Shown here piece by piece: positions 45,351 to 54,574 of a DNA stretch of 64,000 bases. The stretch is from a virus (taxonomy: Duplodnaviria > Heunggongvirae > Uroviricota > Caudoviricetes), in IMG/VR virus record IMGVR_UViG_3300030035_000024. The stretch is one strand, 5' to 3'. The position numbers and the translations under genes were made by a program. Each line of letters begins with the position of its first letter. Within the stretch, counting starts at the first letter, position 1. The notes beneath the pieces are model-generated. The model worked only from the letters and a program-made list of their open reading frames with translations, did no database searches and was not told where the DNA came from.

Positions 45351-46430
45351 ATGAGTAAATATTTTAAGAGCGTAACAAGTTATCAAGATTTGAAAGATCA
45401 GTATAGAAAACTTTTGAAAGAAAATCACCCGGACAACGGCGGCGACCTGGAACAGATGCAGGAAATCAACGTAGAATACGATGCAATGTTTAAAATCTGG
45501 AAAGATCGCGCAGCTGTTGCAAATAATCTTTCAGAAGAAGAAAAAACAGAAACCGCAAGAAGCACAAGACGCCATTTTTACAGTGCTTACGGCTGGGAGG
45601 GTTCAAGATACGATGTTAATTTGTCATTAAAAGAGATTGCTAAAATTGTAAGAGCCTATGTAAAAGAAGAATACCCAACTTGCAAATTTAGCATTCGCAC
45701 TCATTACGCAAGTATGTGCCAGTCATTAAGCGTTGATTTGCTGGAATTCCCGGAACAGATGTATAAAACCGCTGCGGAACTTAAAGAAAACTATTATACA
45801 GAAAACACGTATATAGATAAAGACGGAAAAACTCAGAGCTACAAAACCATGTCGGAAGAAGTAAACGAGATGTGGAGAAAATTAAATAGAAATAATATTT
45901 TTACACTTGACAGCTGGACAGATGACGATCTATTGAAATGCTATGAAAAAGTTGTTTTTGAGGAAAACAAATCATTTTTCGGGGTACAAACTGAATATTT
46001 TAAAAGCGTTGTTGATGATGTAAACGCCTTTATTGCTTCTTATAATTACGATGACAGCGACAGCATGACGGATTATTTTGATGTTAATTTCTACGGCGGA
46101 GAAGTTGATTTTAGAAACTGTAAATATGTTCCAAAAGTCGCCAGAATTAAAAAGCAAAATACAGCCCCGGCAGCAAAAGAAAATAAAGAAGAATCAAGCG
46201 CCGCAGAAATTGAAACAAGCGGAAAAGCTTATACAGTGGAAGAAAGCCAGCACACAAAAACAGGCGAAAAGATTTATCTTGTAAAATGGCTCGATACTCT
46301 CAGCAGAGAAAGCTATAAAGAATTAAATAGCCAGATTAAAAAGTTAGGCGGCTATTATTCGAGATTTACACATAGTTTTATTTTTAAAGATGATCCTACC
46401 GAAATTTTGAAAGAGGTAAAAATCGCATGA
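45351..46430 (+). CDS. J-domain (DnaJ-like) protein with large C-terminal domain (359 aa)
   Basis: YQDLKDQYRKLLKENHPDNGGDLEQMQEINVEYD carries the HPD motif of J domains. RBS GGGTGAGGGTG. Confidence 0.6.
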   Translation: MSKYFKSVTSYQDLKDQYRKLLKENHPDNGGDLEQMQEINVEYDAMFKIWKDRAAVANNLSEEEKTETARSTRRHFYSAYGWEGSRYDVNLSLKEIAKIVRAYVKEEYPTCKFSIRTHYASMCQSLSVDLLEFPEQMYKTAAELKENYYTENTYIDKDGKTQSYKTMSEEVNEMWRKLNRNNIFTLDSWTDDDLLKCYEKVVFEENKSFFGVQTEYFKSVVDDVNAFIASYNYDDSDSMTDYFDVNFYGGEVDFRNCKYVPKVARIKKQNTAPAAKENKEESSAAEIETSGKAYTVEESQHTKTGEKIYLVKWLDTLSRESYKELNSQIKKLGGYYSRFTHSFIFKDDPTEILKEVKIA

Positions 46431-46954
46431 TAGAATGTAAAACAAATTGTTGCAGGTGCCAAAAATATGGCACCTGTGAACGATCACAAGAAAGATTATT
46501 TGAAAAGCTTTTTACTCGTTACGGATATGTACAGAAAGAAATGAGTAATAAAACAATACATATTTACGAACAACATCCGGAAAACTTACACAGTGAAAAG
46601 GAAATTTTAGAAAGATTCAGTCATGCAAAAGGAACTATTGAAGAATTAGAAGAAATGTTATTAGAATTAAAATCTTATCAAATAGAATTGTCAAAACGTT
46701 ATAATTATATTTTAACTTCTCCCATAAAAAAGAAGATAGAATTAAAAAGAGAAAAGCTCTATAGAAAAAACGTTATTTACTATATAAATTTTTATGATGT
46801 TAATTTAAATGACGGTCATGAGGAATTGACAAATTTTATAAAATATTCTGGAATTGAGCGAAAACAAGCGTTATTGCATTTTGAACAATTAAAAAAAAAA
46901 AATCCGAATGCTTTTTTTAAAAAAGATATTGAGCGTAATAAATGGGAAAAATAA
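46427..46954 (+). CDS. Hypothetical (175 aa), N-terminal Cys cluster
   Basis: MIECKTNCCRCQKYGTCE; charged helical remainder. 4-nt overlap with the upstream gene. Confidence 0.35.
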   Translation: MIECKTNCCRCQKYGTCERSQERLFEKLFTRYGYVQKEMSNKTIHIYEQHPENLHSEKEILERFSHAKGTIEELEEMLLELKSYQIELSKRYNYILTSPIKKKIELKREKLYRKNVIYYINFYDVNLNDGHEELTNFIKYSGIERKQALLHFEQLKKKNPNAFFKKDIERNKWEK

Positions 46955-46970
46955 TGTGGAGGTCTAAAAC

Positions 46971-47183
46971 ATGAAATATCATTACATAGCAATTTCAACA
47001 CGCACAGGCAATAAAAACTTTGCTTCTGTTCTTCGGGTCTCAAGCTCTGACAATTTATTATTTTCCTTGCAAGTCCCCGGCATTACTTCCGCAAATATTT
47101 GTAGCACAAAAAAAGAAGCTGAAAAAGTCGTTGATTTTTGGAACAAGTGTTACAAGAAAAATAAAACTTATGGAGGGTTTTAA
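46971..47183 (+). CDS. Hypothetical (70 aa)
   Basis: ORF-track ORF. Confidence 0.25.
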   Translation: MKYHYIAISTRTGNKNFASVLRVSSSDNLLFSLQVPGITSANICSTKKEAEKVVDFWNKCYKKNKTYGGF

Positions 47184-47250
47184 AATGAATAGAAAATTAA
47201 CTTACCAGCAATGGCAGCAGATACACTATAACATTGGCTATTAATATGCG

Positions 47251-47278
47251 TTGCCCGGTTGATTCCGGGCAAGTTTTT
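47251..47278 (+). terminator. Rho-independent terminator
   Basis: TTGCCCGGttgattCCGGGCAAgTTTTT. Confidence 0.5.
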
Positions 47279-47338
47279 GTACTGTTTATTTTTGGCTTAG
47301 CGTATGATATAATAACATAAAATGGGGGGGTAATACAT

Positions 47339-47767
47339 ATGATAATGTTAAAAATAGAAAAATGGGAAAGCGTTGTAAATGAAACTATTAAGCATTTTTT
47401 TGATAATTATAAAGTATTTGATGATAATAACAAAGCTTTAGAAAATAAAAGCCTGTATCAATACATTAATGATATTTGCGAAAAAGGCCCGGAAACAGAA
47501 ATCTTGCACTTTTTATTTACTGGTGAAAGTGAATATATCCAATTTGCTGGAAAGTACAATATTTCTTTGTACTATGAATTTACGCAAGAACTTGAAAACA
47601 AATTGATTGATGAATTTTATTCCCTTAATAAAAAGCAATTCTGTGACGATCTCGAAAATTTTACAGATTATTTTTTAAGCGAACACACAATTTTATTGAA
47701 AACATATATTTATGATATTCTTGATGGTTTTACGGCTAAAAAGTTAAAAAACCTTATTTTCAAATAG
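47339..47767 (+). CDS. Hypothetical (142 aa)
   Basis: ORF-track ORF with RBS GGGGGG. Followed by a GC-rich terminator-like hairpin CCGCTT...AAGCGGTTTTTTT (47780-47840). Confidence 0.35.
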   Translation: MIMLKIEKWESVVNETIKHFFDNYKVFDDNNKALENKSLYQYINDICEKGPETEILHFLFTGESEYIQFAGKYNISLYYEFTQELENKLIDEFYSLNKKQFCDDLENFTDYFLSEHTILLKTYIYDILDGFTAKKLKNLIFK

Positions 47768-47996
47768 TTTTCACCGCTTCCCGGTATCCAGTCCGGCGGC
47801 ACGTTCACGGCGTGCAAGCGGTTTTTTTGGCATTCTGCCAGATGCACCTTGCAAAATTAATATAATAAGTCAATCAATTAACGCGCTATTTTAGCCGTAA
47901 ATGGCTTTTAATGCTGTTAGCGGGGATTTATGCCACTGTTGATTTTTAATCCGTTTATGAGCCTTTAAAACGCTTTTTAGAGTCTTACATGGTTTA

Positions 47997-48025
47997 TTGA
48001 CTGTCTGCGGCTATGGGTGTATAAT
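47997..48025 (+). promoter_or_regulatory. Consensus sigma70 promoter TTGACT-17-TATAAT firing into the iteron array
   Basis: Exact consensus -10 and near-consensus -35. No credible ORF within about 800 nt downstream. Confidence 0.55.
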
Positions 48026-48064
48026 AGCCTTGTATAGCCTTGTATAGCTATGTACGGCTATGCT
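48008..48064. repeat. Iteron-like direct repeats (TAGCCTTGTA x2, TAGCTATGTA, CGGCTATGCT; further GGGCTATA/TATAGCC copies to about 48260)
   Basis: Tandem 10-bp repeats read in the sequence. A second repeat family ATGTGCGTA occurs twice at 48084-48115. Confidence 0.5.
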
Positions 48065-48354
48065 TTATTTGCGTACCGTGTAAATGTGCGTATTATGTCC
48101 GCTTATGTGCGTAGCTTGTCCAGTCTTCCCGGTGATCTGTCGCAGTTGACCGGGCTATATAACAATTAGGGCTATACGAATATATTGCGATATGCTTGTA
48201 TAACGCTGTATTTGCCATTTTAAGGCGTTTTATAATCGTAGCCAATAAAAATATAGGCTAAATACGTTACAAGCCATTTAAGGCTTATTTTGCAAGAGTA
48301 TTATTGTATTTTAACGTTGTGTTGTATGTTACTTGTTGCTATGGTCTATTATCC

Positions 48355-48535
48355 GTGGGTTATTGGTTCTGATCTGCCAGAGCTACGGCTGGCGGTTGAC
48401 TTCGTTGTCGTTCAATCGTTCCCGGCGCTGTCCAGGCTTCATAAGCTCGGCATGGTATCGGCTCCCGGTGCTGTCCCCTGGTTGATTTGTGGCAACGGAA
48501 AAGTCGCAGCTGTTCAAGGATTCAATAGTTGCAAC
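48355..48535. other. Second GC-rich structured island (about 55% GC)
   Basis: Hairpins GCCAGagctacggCTGGC and repeated GCTGTCC. Only a TTG-start ORF without RBS overlaps it. Confidence 0.3.
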
Positions 48536-48597
48536 TAACTTGTGGATGATCCCTAAATTTCAACATAATTTTAGAAGCCTAAAATCAAGGAAATCCA

Positions 48598-48646
48598 TAA
48601 AAAAAGTGGCAACCAGAAAAATTCTCTCATTTTCTAGCTGCCACTT
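48598..48646 (-). terminator. Rho-independent terminator (minus strand) downstream of the DUF4417-like/recombinase operon
   Basis: AAGTGGCA-27nt-TGCCACTT followed by TTTTTTTATGG on the minus strand. Confidence 0.5.
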
Positions 48647-48816
48647 AAATTTTAATTTTGCACAAATATTTCTATAGCGTAAAGTTCTGAATGATTCAAA
48701 ATTCACAATTTATTTAATCCTTCTTTCTTACGTGTTCCATATCTTCTGTGAGATGATTTCTCTAAACGTTCCGTCCTCTTTGGGACTTGGAAAGTTTCTT
48801 CTTTCTCTGGTAATTA

Positions 48817-49497
48817 TCAGTCGTTGTTCCCATTCGCGCCCTCCTTGTTAATCTTCTGGTTTCTGGTTTCAAAGTTTATAATTTCTGTGTCCGTTTCAAG
48901 TTCTTCCGGGATTCTTCCAACAATGATAACTCGCAGTGGATTCAGTCTACGTTCCATTTCCTTGAAACCAACGCAAAACTCCAACCGTGCTGCCTTGCTC
49001 TTTACTCTTCCATTGGTGCAACAGGCAACTGTGCTTCCCTCCGGCAGTCCATCAAAGCACCAGTCCCAACAGTATTCTGGTAATATGCTTACGTTCGGAA
49101 TTACTGGAATATCATTCAAGATCATGTAGTGAGACAATGCATGATTGCGGTATTTATTCCACAGGCACATTACCAGTGGCATTCCATTCTTTCCAACCGA
49201 TATGCTGAAATCTGGCATAATGACTGCATGAAAACATTTTAAATGCTTAATATACTTGTCTGGCTGATTCCATAATCTTTGAAACTGTACATCATCCACG
49301 TAGAAGTTTACATCCAGTTCCCGGTGGTTCTTAATCTTCCGGCTAAAGCTCTCCGCAAAATCTACAGTATTTTTCCCTGGATGGATAAAAGTCTTTGGAA
49401 TTTTAGGGATTCCGTACTGTCCAACAAGCTCTGCATCCGTGATTAAAAACTCTTTCATTACGTCATAAGCTGTATGTATCATTGATTCCACTCCCAT
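48817..49497 (-). CDS. DUF4417-like protein (226 aa)
   Basis: VDDVQFQRLWNQPDKY...CWDWCFDGLPEGSTVA resembles the DUF4417 pattern as remembered. Function unknown. Confidence 0.4.
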   Translation of the reverse strand: MGVESMIHTAYDVMKEFLITDAELVGQYGIPKIPKTFIHPGKNTVDFAESFSRKIKNHRELDVNFYVDDVQFQRLWNQPDKYIKHLKCFHAVIMPDFSISVGKNGMPLVMCLWNKYRNHALSHYMILNDIPVIPNVSILPEYCWDWCFDGLPEGSTVACCTNGRVKSKAARLEFCVGFKEMERRLNPLRVIIVGRIPEELETDTEIINFETRNQKINKEGANGNND

Positions 49498-49506
49498 TTT
49501 TTTCTC

Positions 49507-51219
49507 TTATAGTGCTAAAAGGTACTTATATTTGAAAAATACCATATCTTGTGTCTTAATGCAAGTTTTCCTACTAAATATCTTGTGTTGTTCTGGATGT
49601 AGAGTTAAAATCATATCGTCAGAACGGCACAAGGGAAACCCCCATTTTTCAAGGCCTCCAGACCTTAATTGAAATGTCAGTGTTGCACATGTAACCGCCA
49701 ACGGTTCAACGGTAATTTTCTCAAAAAGTTCATTAACAATCTGTCTGTTAATATCTTGTGGAGTAACGCCTTTGAACTTTTCTAGCTGTTCTTTAATAGC
49801 ACTTAATTGTATTTCTACTGGCTCTGGACTTTTGGTATTTTGGATTTCTAGAATATGGCTCTCAATCTGCTTTATCTGCTTCACGTATTCTTTATTTCTT
49901 GAAATAAATTCATCATCAGATATTTTTCCATCCAGATTATATTCCAGTATTTTTTCACGTTTTTGTTTTAACAGATCAATCTGTTTTTCAAGTCGTGAGA
50001 TTTCGTTTTTATTGTCTGGAATGTTTTTGATCGAGGACTGCAAAATTTCAAAATATTCCTCCAAAATGCTATCAATGTTTTCAGAAGATTTATTTATCAA
50101 TTCTGCAATTATTTCTTTCAGTTCTGATTCTGCCAGTCCAAATGAATCACATGAAGCTGCTCCGTTTTTTATCTTATAACTGCATACCCATCGAACATCT
50201 TCTTTTCCTCGAATATAATGCTGCTTCATCCAGTATGGAGCTCCGTCATTTGCGCAGAAAAGTTTTCCAGTGAAAATATTTTCGTTTTTAAAAGAGGTTC
50301 TTCTTGATTTTATAGCTTCTCCACGCTCTCTTAAATATGCGTTTGCCTTTTCCCAGGTAGTTTCATCAATGATCTGCGGTACTCTGGAACCATCATCCTT
50401 AAACATTATCCATTCTGACTGTGGAAGAAATTCTTGTTTCTTGGTGAACATATCGACAACCTTTACTTTTCCTCCACAATAGTATCCTTTGTATTTTGGA
50501 TTCCGAATAATATTTTTTATGACATCCCGGTTGATTTTCCCACCTTTGAAACTTCTGTATCCCATATCCCAGAGTTTTTTTTCTATTCTTGGCGTAGATA
50601 TTCCGGAAGCGTAATCTTGAAAAATCATTCGAACCATGTCCGCTTCTTCTGGAACCAGTTCGAGTTTTCCTTGATTGTTTGAGTATCCATACATTCTGTG
50701 CCCGAGAACAACACCATTTTTGATTGACTGTGCGTGTCCAAATTTTACTCTTGAAGAAAGCTTGCGGATTTCGTCCTGCGCTACCCCAGCCATAATAGTA
50801 AGTCTGAACTCACTATCATCATCAATAGTGTTAATTCCATCATTTTGGAACCACACGCATACGCCGTAAGATAACAATTCCCTGGTATATTGGATGCTGT
50901 CAAGAGTATTTCGTGCAAATCTTGAAATTTCTTTCGTAATAATCATGTCAATTTTTCCGAGCTTTGCATCTCTGAGCATTCTTTGAAATTCTTCTCTTTT
51001 ATCCGCATGTATTCCAGAAATACCATCATCAATGTAAGAACCAGCAAACTTCCATCTGTTGTTAGAATGTATCAGCTCTTCAAAATGTTCCTCCTGGTGC
51101 TTAATGGATGCTTGCTGTTCAACTTTTTCAGTAGAAACCCTGGCATAATAAGCAACATTTAGTTCAATGTCGTAAATAGAGCAATTTCTTAATTTTTCTC
51201 TGACATAATAAATATTCAT
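49507..51219 (-). CDS. Large serine recombinase (phage integrase, about 570 aa)
   Basis: YARVSTEKVEQ...DDGISG...SRFARN catalytic domain; recombinase domain; zinc ribbon CANDG...CSYK...C; coiled coil. Start at MNIYYV with RBS AAGGGAG. Confidence 0.85.
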   Translation of the reverse strand: MNIYYVREKLRNCSIYDIELNVAYYARVSTEKVEQQASIKHQEEHFEELIHSNNRWKFAGSYIDDGISGIHADKREEFQRMLRDAKLGKIDMIITKEISRFARNTLDSIQYTRELLSYGVCVWFQNDGINTIDDDSEFRLTIMAGVAQDEIRKLSSRVKFGHAQSIKNGVVLGHRMYGYSNNQGKLELVPEEADMVRMIFQDYASGISTPRIEKKLWDMGYRSFKGGKINRDVIKNIIRNPKYKGYYCGGKVKVVDMFTKKQEFLPQSEWIMFKDDGSRVPQIIDETTWEKANAYLRERGEAIKSRRTSFKNENIFTGKLFCANDGAPYWMKQHYIRGKEDVRWVCSYKIKNGAASCDSFGLAESELKEIIAELINKSSENIDSILEEYFEILQSSIKNIPDNKNEISRLEKQIDLLKQKREKILEYNLDGKISDDEFISRNKEYVKQIKQIESHILEIQNTKSPEPVEIQLSAIKEQLEKFKGVTPQDINRQIVNELFEKITVEPLAVTCATLTFQLRSGGLEKWGFPLCRSDDMILTLHPEQHKIFSRKTCIKTQDMVFFKYKYLLAL

Positions 51220-51300
51220 AGTGCATTTCTCCCTTAATAAACAGGGAGTGGAATCATATAAAGTATAACACCTCATATAACTCCACTCAATACATTTTCG

Positions 51301-51486
51301 TTACTTTCTAATGCTGATTTCAGCTTTAATTTTATCTCTTGTTTTCTCATCTATCAGACCAAGTGAGAACATTCTTTCGTTTATGGCATACAATATAGCT
51401 TTTTCCATTAATTGTCCCTCCATATAATTATCTCGTTTTAAGCGCTGTTTTTCTTTATCTTTTGTATGCCCTATAATTTCTACCAT
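51301..51486 (-). CDS. Hypothetical (61 aa)
   Basis: ORF-track ORF. Confidence 0.25.
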   Translation of the reverse strand: MVEIIGHTKDKEKQRLKRDNYMEGQLMEKAILYAINERMFSLGLIDEKTRDKIKAEISIRK

Positions 51487-51537
51487 TATTCTCTTTTGAA
51501 CGATTCTGCACTATTTTAAGTACACAATTATCACGTT

Positions 51538-51750
51538 TCACAACAAATCAAATATATTGACCTGTCCATCAATCTGAGATTCTTCCAGATTGTAAAATTT
51601 GCAAGCTATATAATCTGGGTTCCAATCAATTTCCAGTTCGTATTGTAAACACCGCGGATGCTTACCACCACGGAAGAATCTGCATTCCGAACAGGTATGC
51701 TGATAAGCTGTACCGCCAGATCGCTTATACATTTCGCTTATCTTCCTCAT
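51538..51750 (-). CDS. Small Cys-containing protein (70 aa)
   Basis: CSEC...C...C. Confidence 0.3.
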   Translation of the reverse strand: MRKISEMYKRSGGTAYQHTCSECRFFRGGKHPRCLQYELEIDWNPDYIACKFYNLEESQIDGQVNIFDLL

Positions 51751-52121
51751 AGAATCACTCGCTTTACTTTTGACTTTCCTCTCACTTTCTTCTTGAAGAT
51801 ACCATTTTTAACACAATCCCTCGGATCACATCCTCTGCTATGTTCTTCGATCAAGATATAATCACAGGTTGCATTTGTACTCCATGCATTTTCGCTCTTG
51901 CTGTAATAGTCGCATTTTGAGCATTGTCTCCGCTTTAAGCCTATAATTTCAGTGCTTTTTAATTCTCTCCATGGTTTTCTATCTGGCATTTTTCCACACC
52001 TCCCAATCTGGCAGAATCTATAATTTTTAAAAGGTCTGGACTTAGTTTTCTTCGTTCCTGTTCTCTCTGCACTTCTGCCCGATACGTCCTTTGAAAATTT
52101 GACTGAACTACACTCCACCAT
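51747..52121 (-). CDS. Cys-rich basic protein (124 aa; start uncertain)
   Basis: CQIGRCGK...CSKCDYY...C; overlaps the upstream ORF. Confidence 0.3.
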   Translation of the reverse strand: MVECSSVKFSKDVSGRSAERTGTKKTKSRPFKNYRFCQIGRCGKMPDRKPWRELKSTEIIGLKRRQCSKCDYYSKSENAWSTNATCDYILIEEHSRGCDPRDCVKNGIFKKKVRGKSKVKRVIL

Positions 52122-52519
52122 GTACCATCCACATTTTCAGATACCGCCCATTCTCTAAGCTGTGCCGGGCTTGATACCGCTTTCTGGATGATTTTTGGGA
52201 GCTTATCAAACTCCGTTTCTGCATATAATGCAGAGCTTTGAATGGCTCTGCGCACCATTTCCCATGCTTCTGTTTCGTTCAGTTCTTCTTTTTGAAGCAT
52301 AAGGCTCTGCGCGCATTGCCGTAATGCAGCTATTGTAGGCTCTTTACATTCTGTCTGCATATATTTCTTTAACCCAAAACTTAAAAGCTTGTAATCTAGG
52401 TCTTTCAGTAATCCGTACCAAGTATCAAAAGCATATTGATCTGGCAGAAATGATGGAGAAGTGTACACAGCTTTCATTGCCTTTACGAGTACCGCCCATT
52501 CTTCTCTTTTCATACCCAA
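51959..52519 (-). CDS. Hypothetical replication-module protein (186 aa)
   Basis: Follows the replisome organizer with a 10-nt overlap. Confidence 0.35.
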   Translation of the reverse strand: MGMKREEWAVLVKAMKAVYTSPSFLPDQYAFDTWYGLLKDLDYKLLSFGLKKYMQTECKEPTIAALRQCAQSLMLQKEELNETEAWEMVRRAIQSSALYAETEFDKLPKIIQKAVSSPAQLREWAVSENVDGTWWSVVQSNFQRTYRAEVQREQERRKLSPDLLKIIDSARLGGVEKCQIENHGEN

Positions 52520-53430
52520 TTATCCACCTCGCTTACTCTGTTTTGAATTTTCTCCATGTAGCTGCACGGTCTATTCGTAGACTTGTCTGCGTATTGCCCT
52601 TCAAATACTTTTGCGAAATTTCCAGGCTTTAAGAACCAGTCAAACGTAACCATCCAGCCATTTTTATTTTGCCCTTGTAGGAATGTGCTGTGTCGAATAT
52701 TTTCAATCGCTTCCAGAATATCTTCAACACAGTTCTGACGGATTCTAGCTTTTACTGCCTGTTCTCGTTTTGGTGTCATTCTTTTTACAGGAGTAATACC
52801 AAATTCTTCCAGAGTATTCCATTCATCAATGATTCGTTGGACGTCAGTCTGACGAATAGTATCTTTAGATACTATTAAATCATTCTCTTCTTCTATTTCT
52901 TTTTCTTTATTATCTAATTCTTTATTATCTAGTTCTTTATTATATACTTCTGCCGAGCTAACGTTAGTTTTACTGTTAACTTTACCGTAAAGTTTACTGT
53001 TAGTTTTACACTCTATTTTGTCTTTCTGCTTTTTTCGATATTCTTGCATATAGTTTCGCATATATTGGCTTTTTTGCTCAATTTTATCAAGATTTTGATA
53101 TTTTCCCCAGTTCGGAATTGTGTAAACACCGGAAACAATTTCAATCATTCCGTAGTTTTCAAATGTTTTTAACGCTAATCGAACTGTATTAATGTCTCTT
53201 CTAAATACTGTTGCCAACATTTCATCTGTATATGCAATTTTATCGTTTAAAATAAAAACACCACTGTTGTTATTTTTCCCGGCTAAGCATAATAATTTGA
53301 ACCATATTACGATAATGCTGTCTGCACTTGGCAAATTTTCAATCAGCATTATTTTTTCATCGTCGAAAATATCTGAACATATTTTTATCCATTTTACATC
53401 GCTTGCCAATTCTAAAATTCCTTTCTCCAA
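52510..53430 (-). CDS. Phage replisome organizer (DnaD-like), 306 aa
   Basis: N-terminus MEKGILELASDVKWIKICSDIFDDEKIMLIENLP fits the replisome-organizer N-terminal pattern; central low-complexity linker. Confidence 0.55.
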   Translation of the reverse strand: MEKGILELASDVKWIKICSDIFDDEKIMLIENLPSADSIIVIWFKLLCLAGKNNNSGVFILNDKIAYTDEMLATVFRRDINTVRLALKTFENYGMIEIVSGVYTIPNWGKYQNLDKIEQKSQYMRNYMQEYRKKQKDKIECKTNSKLYGKVNSKTNVSSAEVYNKELDNKELDNKEKEIEEENDLIVSKDTIRQTDVQRIIDEWNTLEEFGITPVKRMTPKREQAVKARIRQNCVEDILEAIENIRHSTFLQGQNKNGWMVTFDWFLKPGNFAKVFEGQYADKSTNRPCSYMEKIQNRVSEVDNWV

Positions 53431-53452
53431 TTCCTGGATTTTTCAAAAGTGT

Positions 53453-54574
53453 TTATCTCAATTCAACTTCAATTCCATTTATTTTCAGTTCTCCGTTTAC
53501 CGGGATTACAAGAGATGGAACGCCGTTTATTTCTTTCAGTTCAATCAGAGCAATTTTATCTGGCTGGATGCAGATTGTTGCATCTGGTGTTACAATTTTT
53601 GCAGTTTTTGAATTATGGATATTGTCAAGGGCAACAGGCTCATTGTTGAAATACATTCCCCAGTTTTCTTTGAAGTCCGATAACTTCTCGCCTGGAACTC
53701 CGCAATATTCAAAAATCTGTTCCATTTCGTCACATGATACAGTTATCATCTCCGGGCTGTCTTTCTTCTGTTCTTTCACTTCCTGTAATGATTCAACCAG
53801 ACTTTCCGTGAAATTGAATGTTGTGTTTCCATTGAAATTATCCATGATGAAATCCGAAAAAACATTGTTCTCATTCCCTGGTATACGTGGAACTGGTGTG
53901 CCAAGAACATTTTCGATGAAGTCTGGATGAATATACTTTACGTTTTTATTAAAATACAGGGTTCCGTGAATATCAGTGCTTCTGTCATTAAATACCGGGA
54001 ATAAGAATCCTGTTTCTGGTCTTGAGACTACCCAATCACGAATGCGGTCTTTGATGTTATTTTCAGTCACATCATAGCTAAGCCCAGCCTTTGAAAGATT
54101 TACCGGGCAAATGCTGCACAGAATGTGTTCATAAATTTCTTCTGATGCATCGTGCATTTCGGTTCCATCAGAAGCTTTTCCGGGAATGTCATATACTGCA
54201 TGAATGAGAACTATGTAGTAATTTTCGTTATAATCGTAATTTTCAATCACTTTGTCGTAGAACTCGTCCAAAAGCTCATCATCTTTAAGTTTACTTGCTC
54301 TAATCCGCATAAGAAATTCCTGTGTTCCGCCTTCTTTTTCCTGTACTAATGGAAAATCAAGGTTCATAAGGTTCTTTCCAAGTCTGCCAGACATGGTTTT
54401 CTTGAAAATATCAAAATACTTGAACGTTTCTTCCTCTGGAAGAGACAGGAACGCTTCTTTAATTTTGGTTTTCTTGTTCTTTTCTGCATCCACATAACAA
54501 CCGCAAATGCGTGTGATTGCACAATTGGCTGGTGTAAATTGTTTCTTAATTTCTGCGATTTCTTTCTTATTCAT
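53453..54574 (-). CDS. DUF4317-like protein (373 aa)
   Basis: Size and composition typical of this family, which is common in Clostridia phages. Confidence 0.35.
   Translation of the reverse strand: MNKKEIAEIKKQFTPANCAITRICGCYVDAEKNKKTKIKEAFLSLPEEETFKYFDIFKKTMSGRLGKNLMNLDFPLVQEKEGGTQEFLMRIRASKLKDDELLDEFYDKVIENYDYNENYYIVLIHAVYDIPGKASDGTEMHDASEEIYEHILCSICPVNLSKAGLSYDVTENNIKDRIRDWVVSRPETGFLFPVFNDRSTDIHGTLYFNKNVKYIHPDFIENVLGTPVPRIPGNENNVFSDFIMDNFNGNTTFNFTESLVESLQEVKEQKKDSPEMITVSCDEMEQIFEYCGVPGEKLSDFKENWGMYFNNEPVALDNIHNSKTAKIVTPDATICIQPDKIALIELKEINGVPSLVIPVNGELKINGIEVELR

Noticed and set aside
48025-48064. Tandem 10-bp repeats considered as a CRISPR array
   Set aside because: Repeats are contiguous with no spacers, only 10 bp long, and no cas genes are present. 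Interpreted as iterons.
48290-48538. 82-aa ORF in the iteron/GC-rich noncoding region
   Set aside because: Initiates at TTG with no Shine-Dalgarno in an AT-rich context. Sits downstream of a promoter that more plausibly drives a noncoding RNA.
53328-53930. 200-aa plus-strand ORF in the replication module
   Set aside because: Antisense to the DUF4317-like and replisome-organizer genes, with no RBS. Likely spurious.
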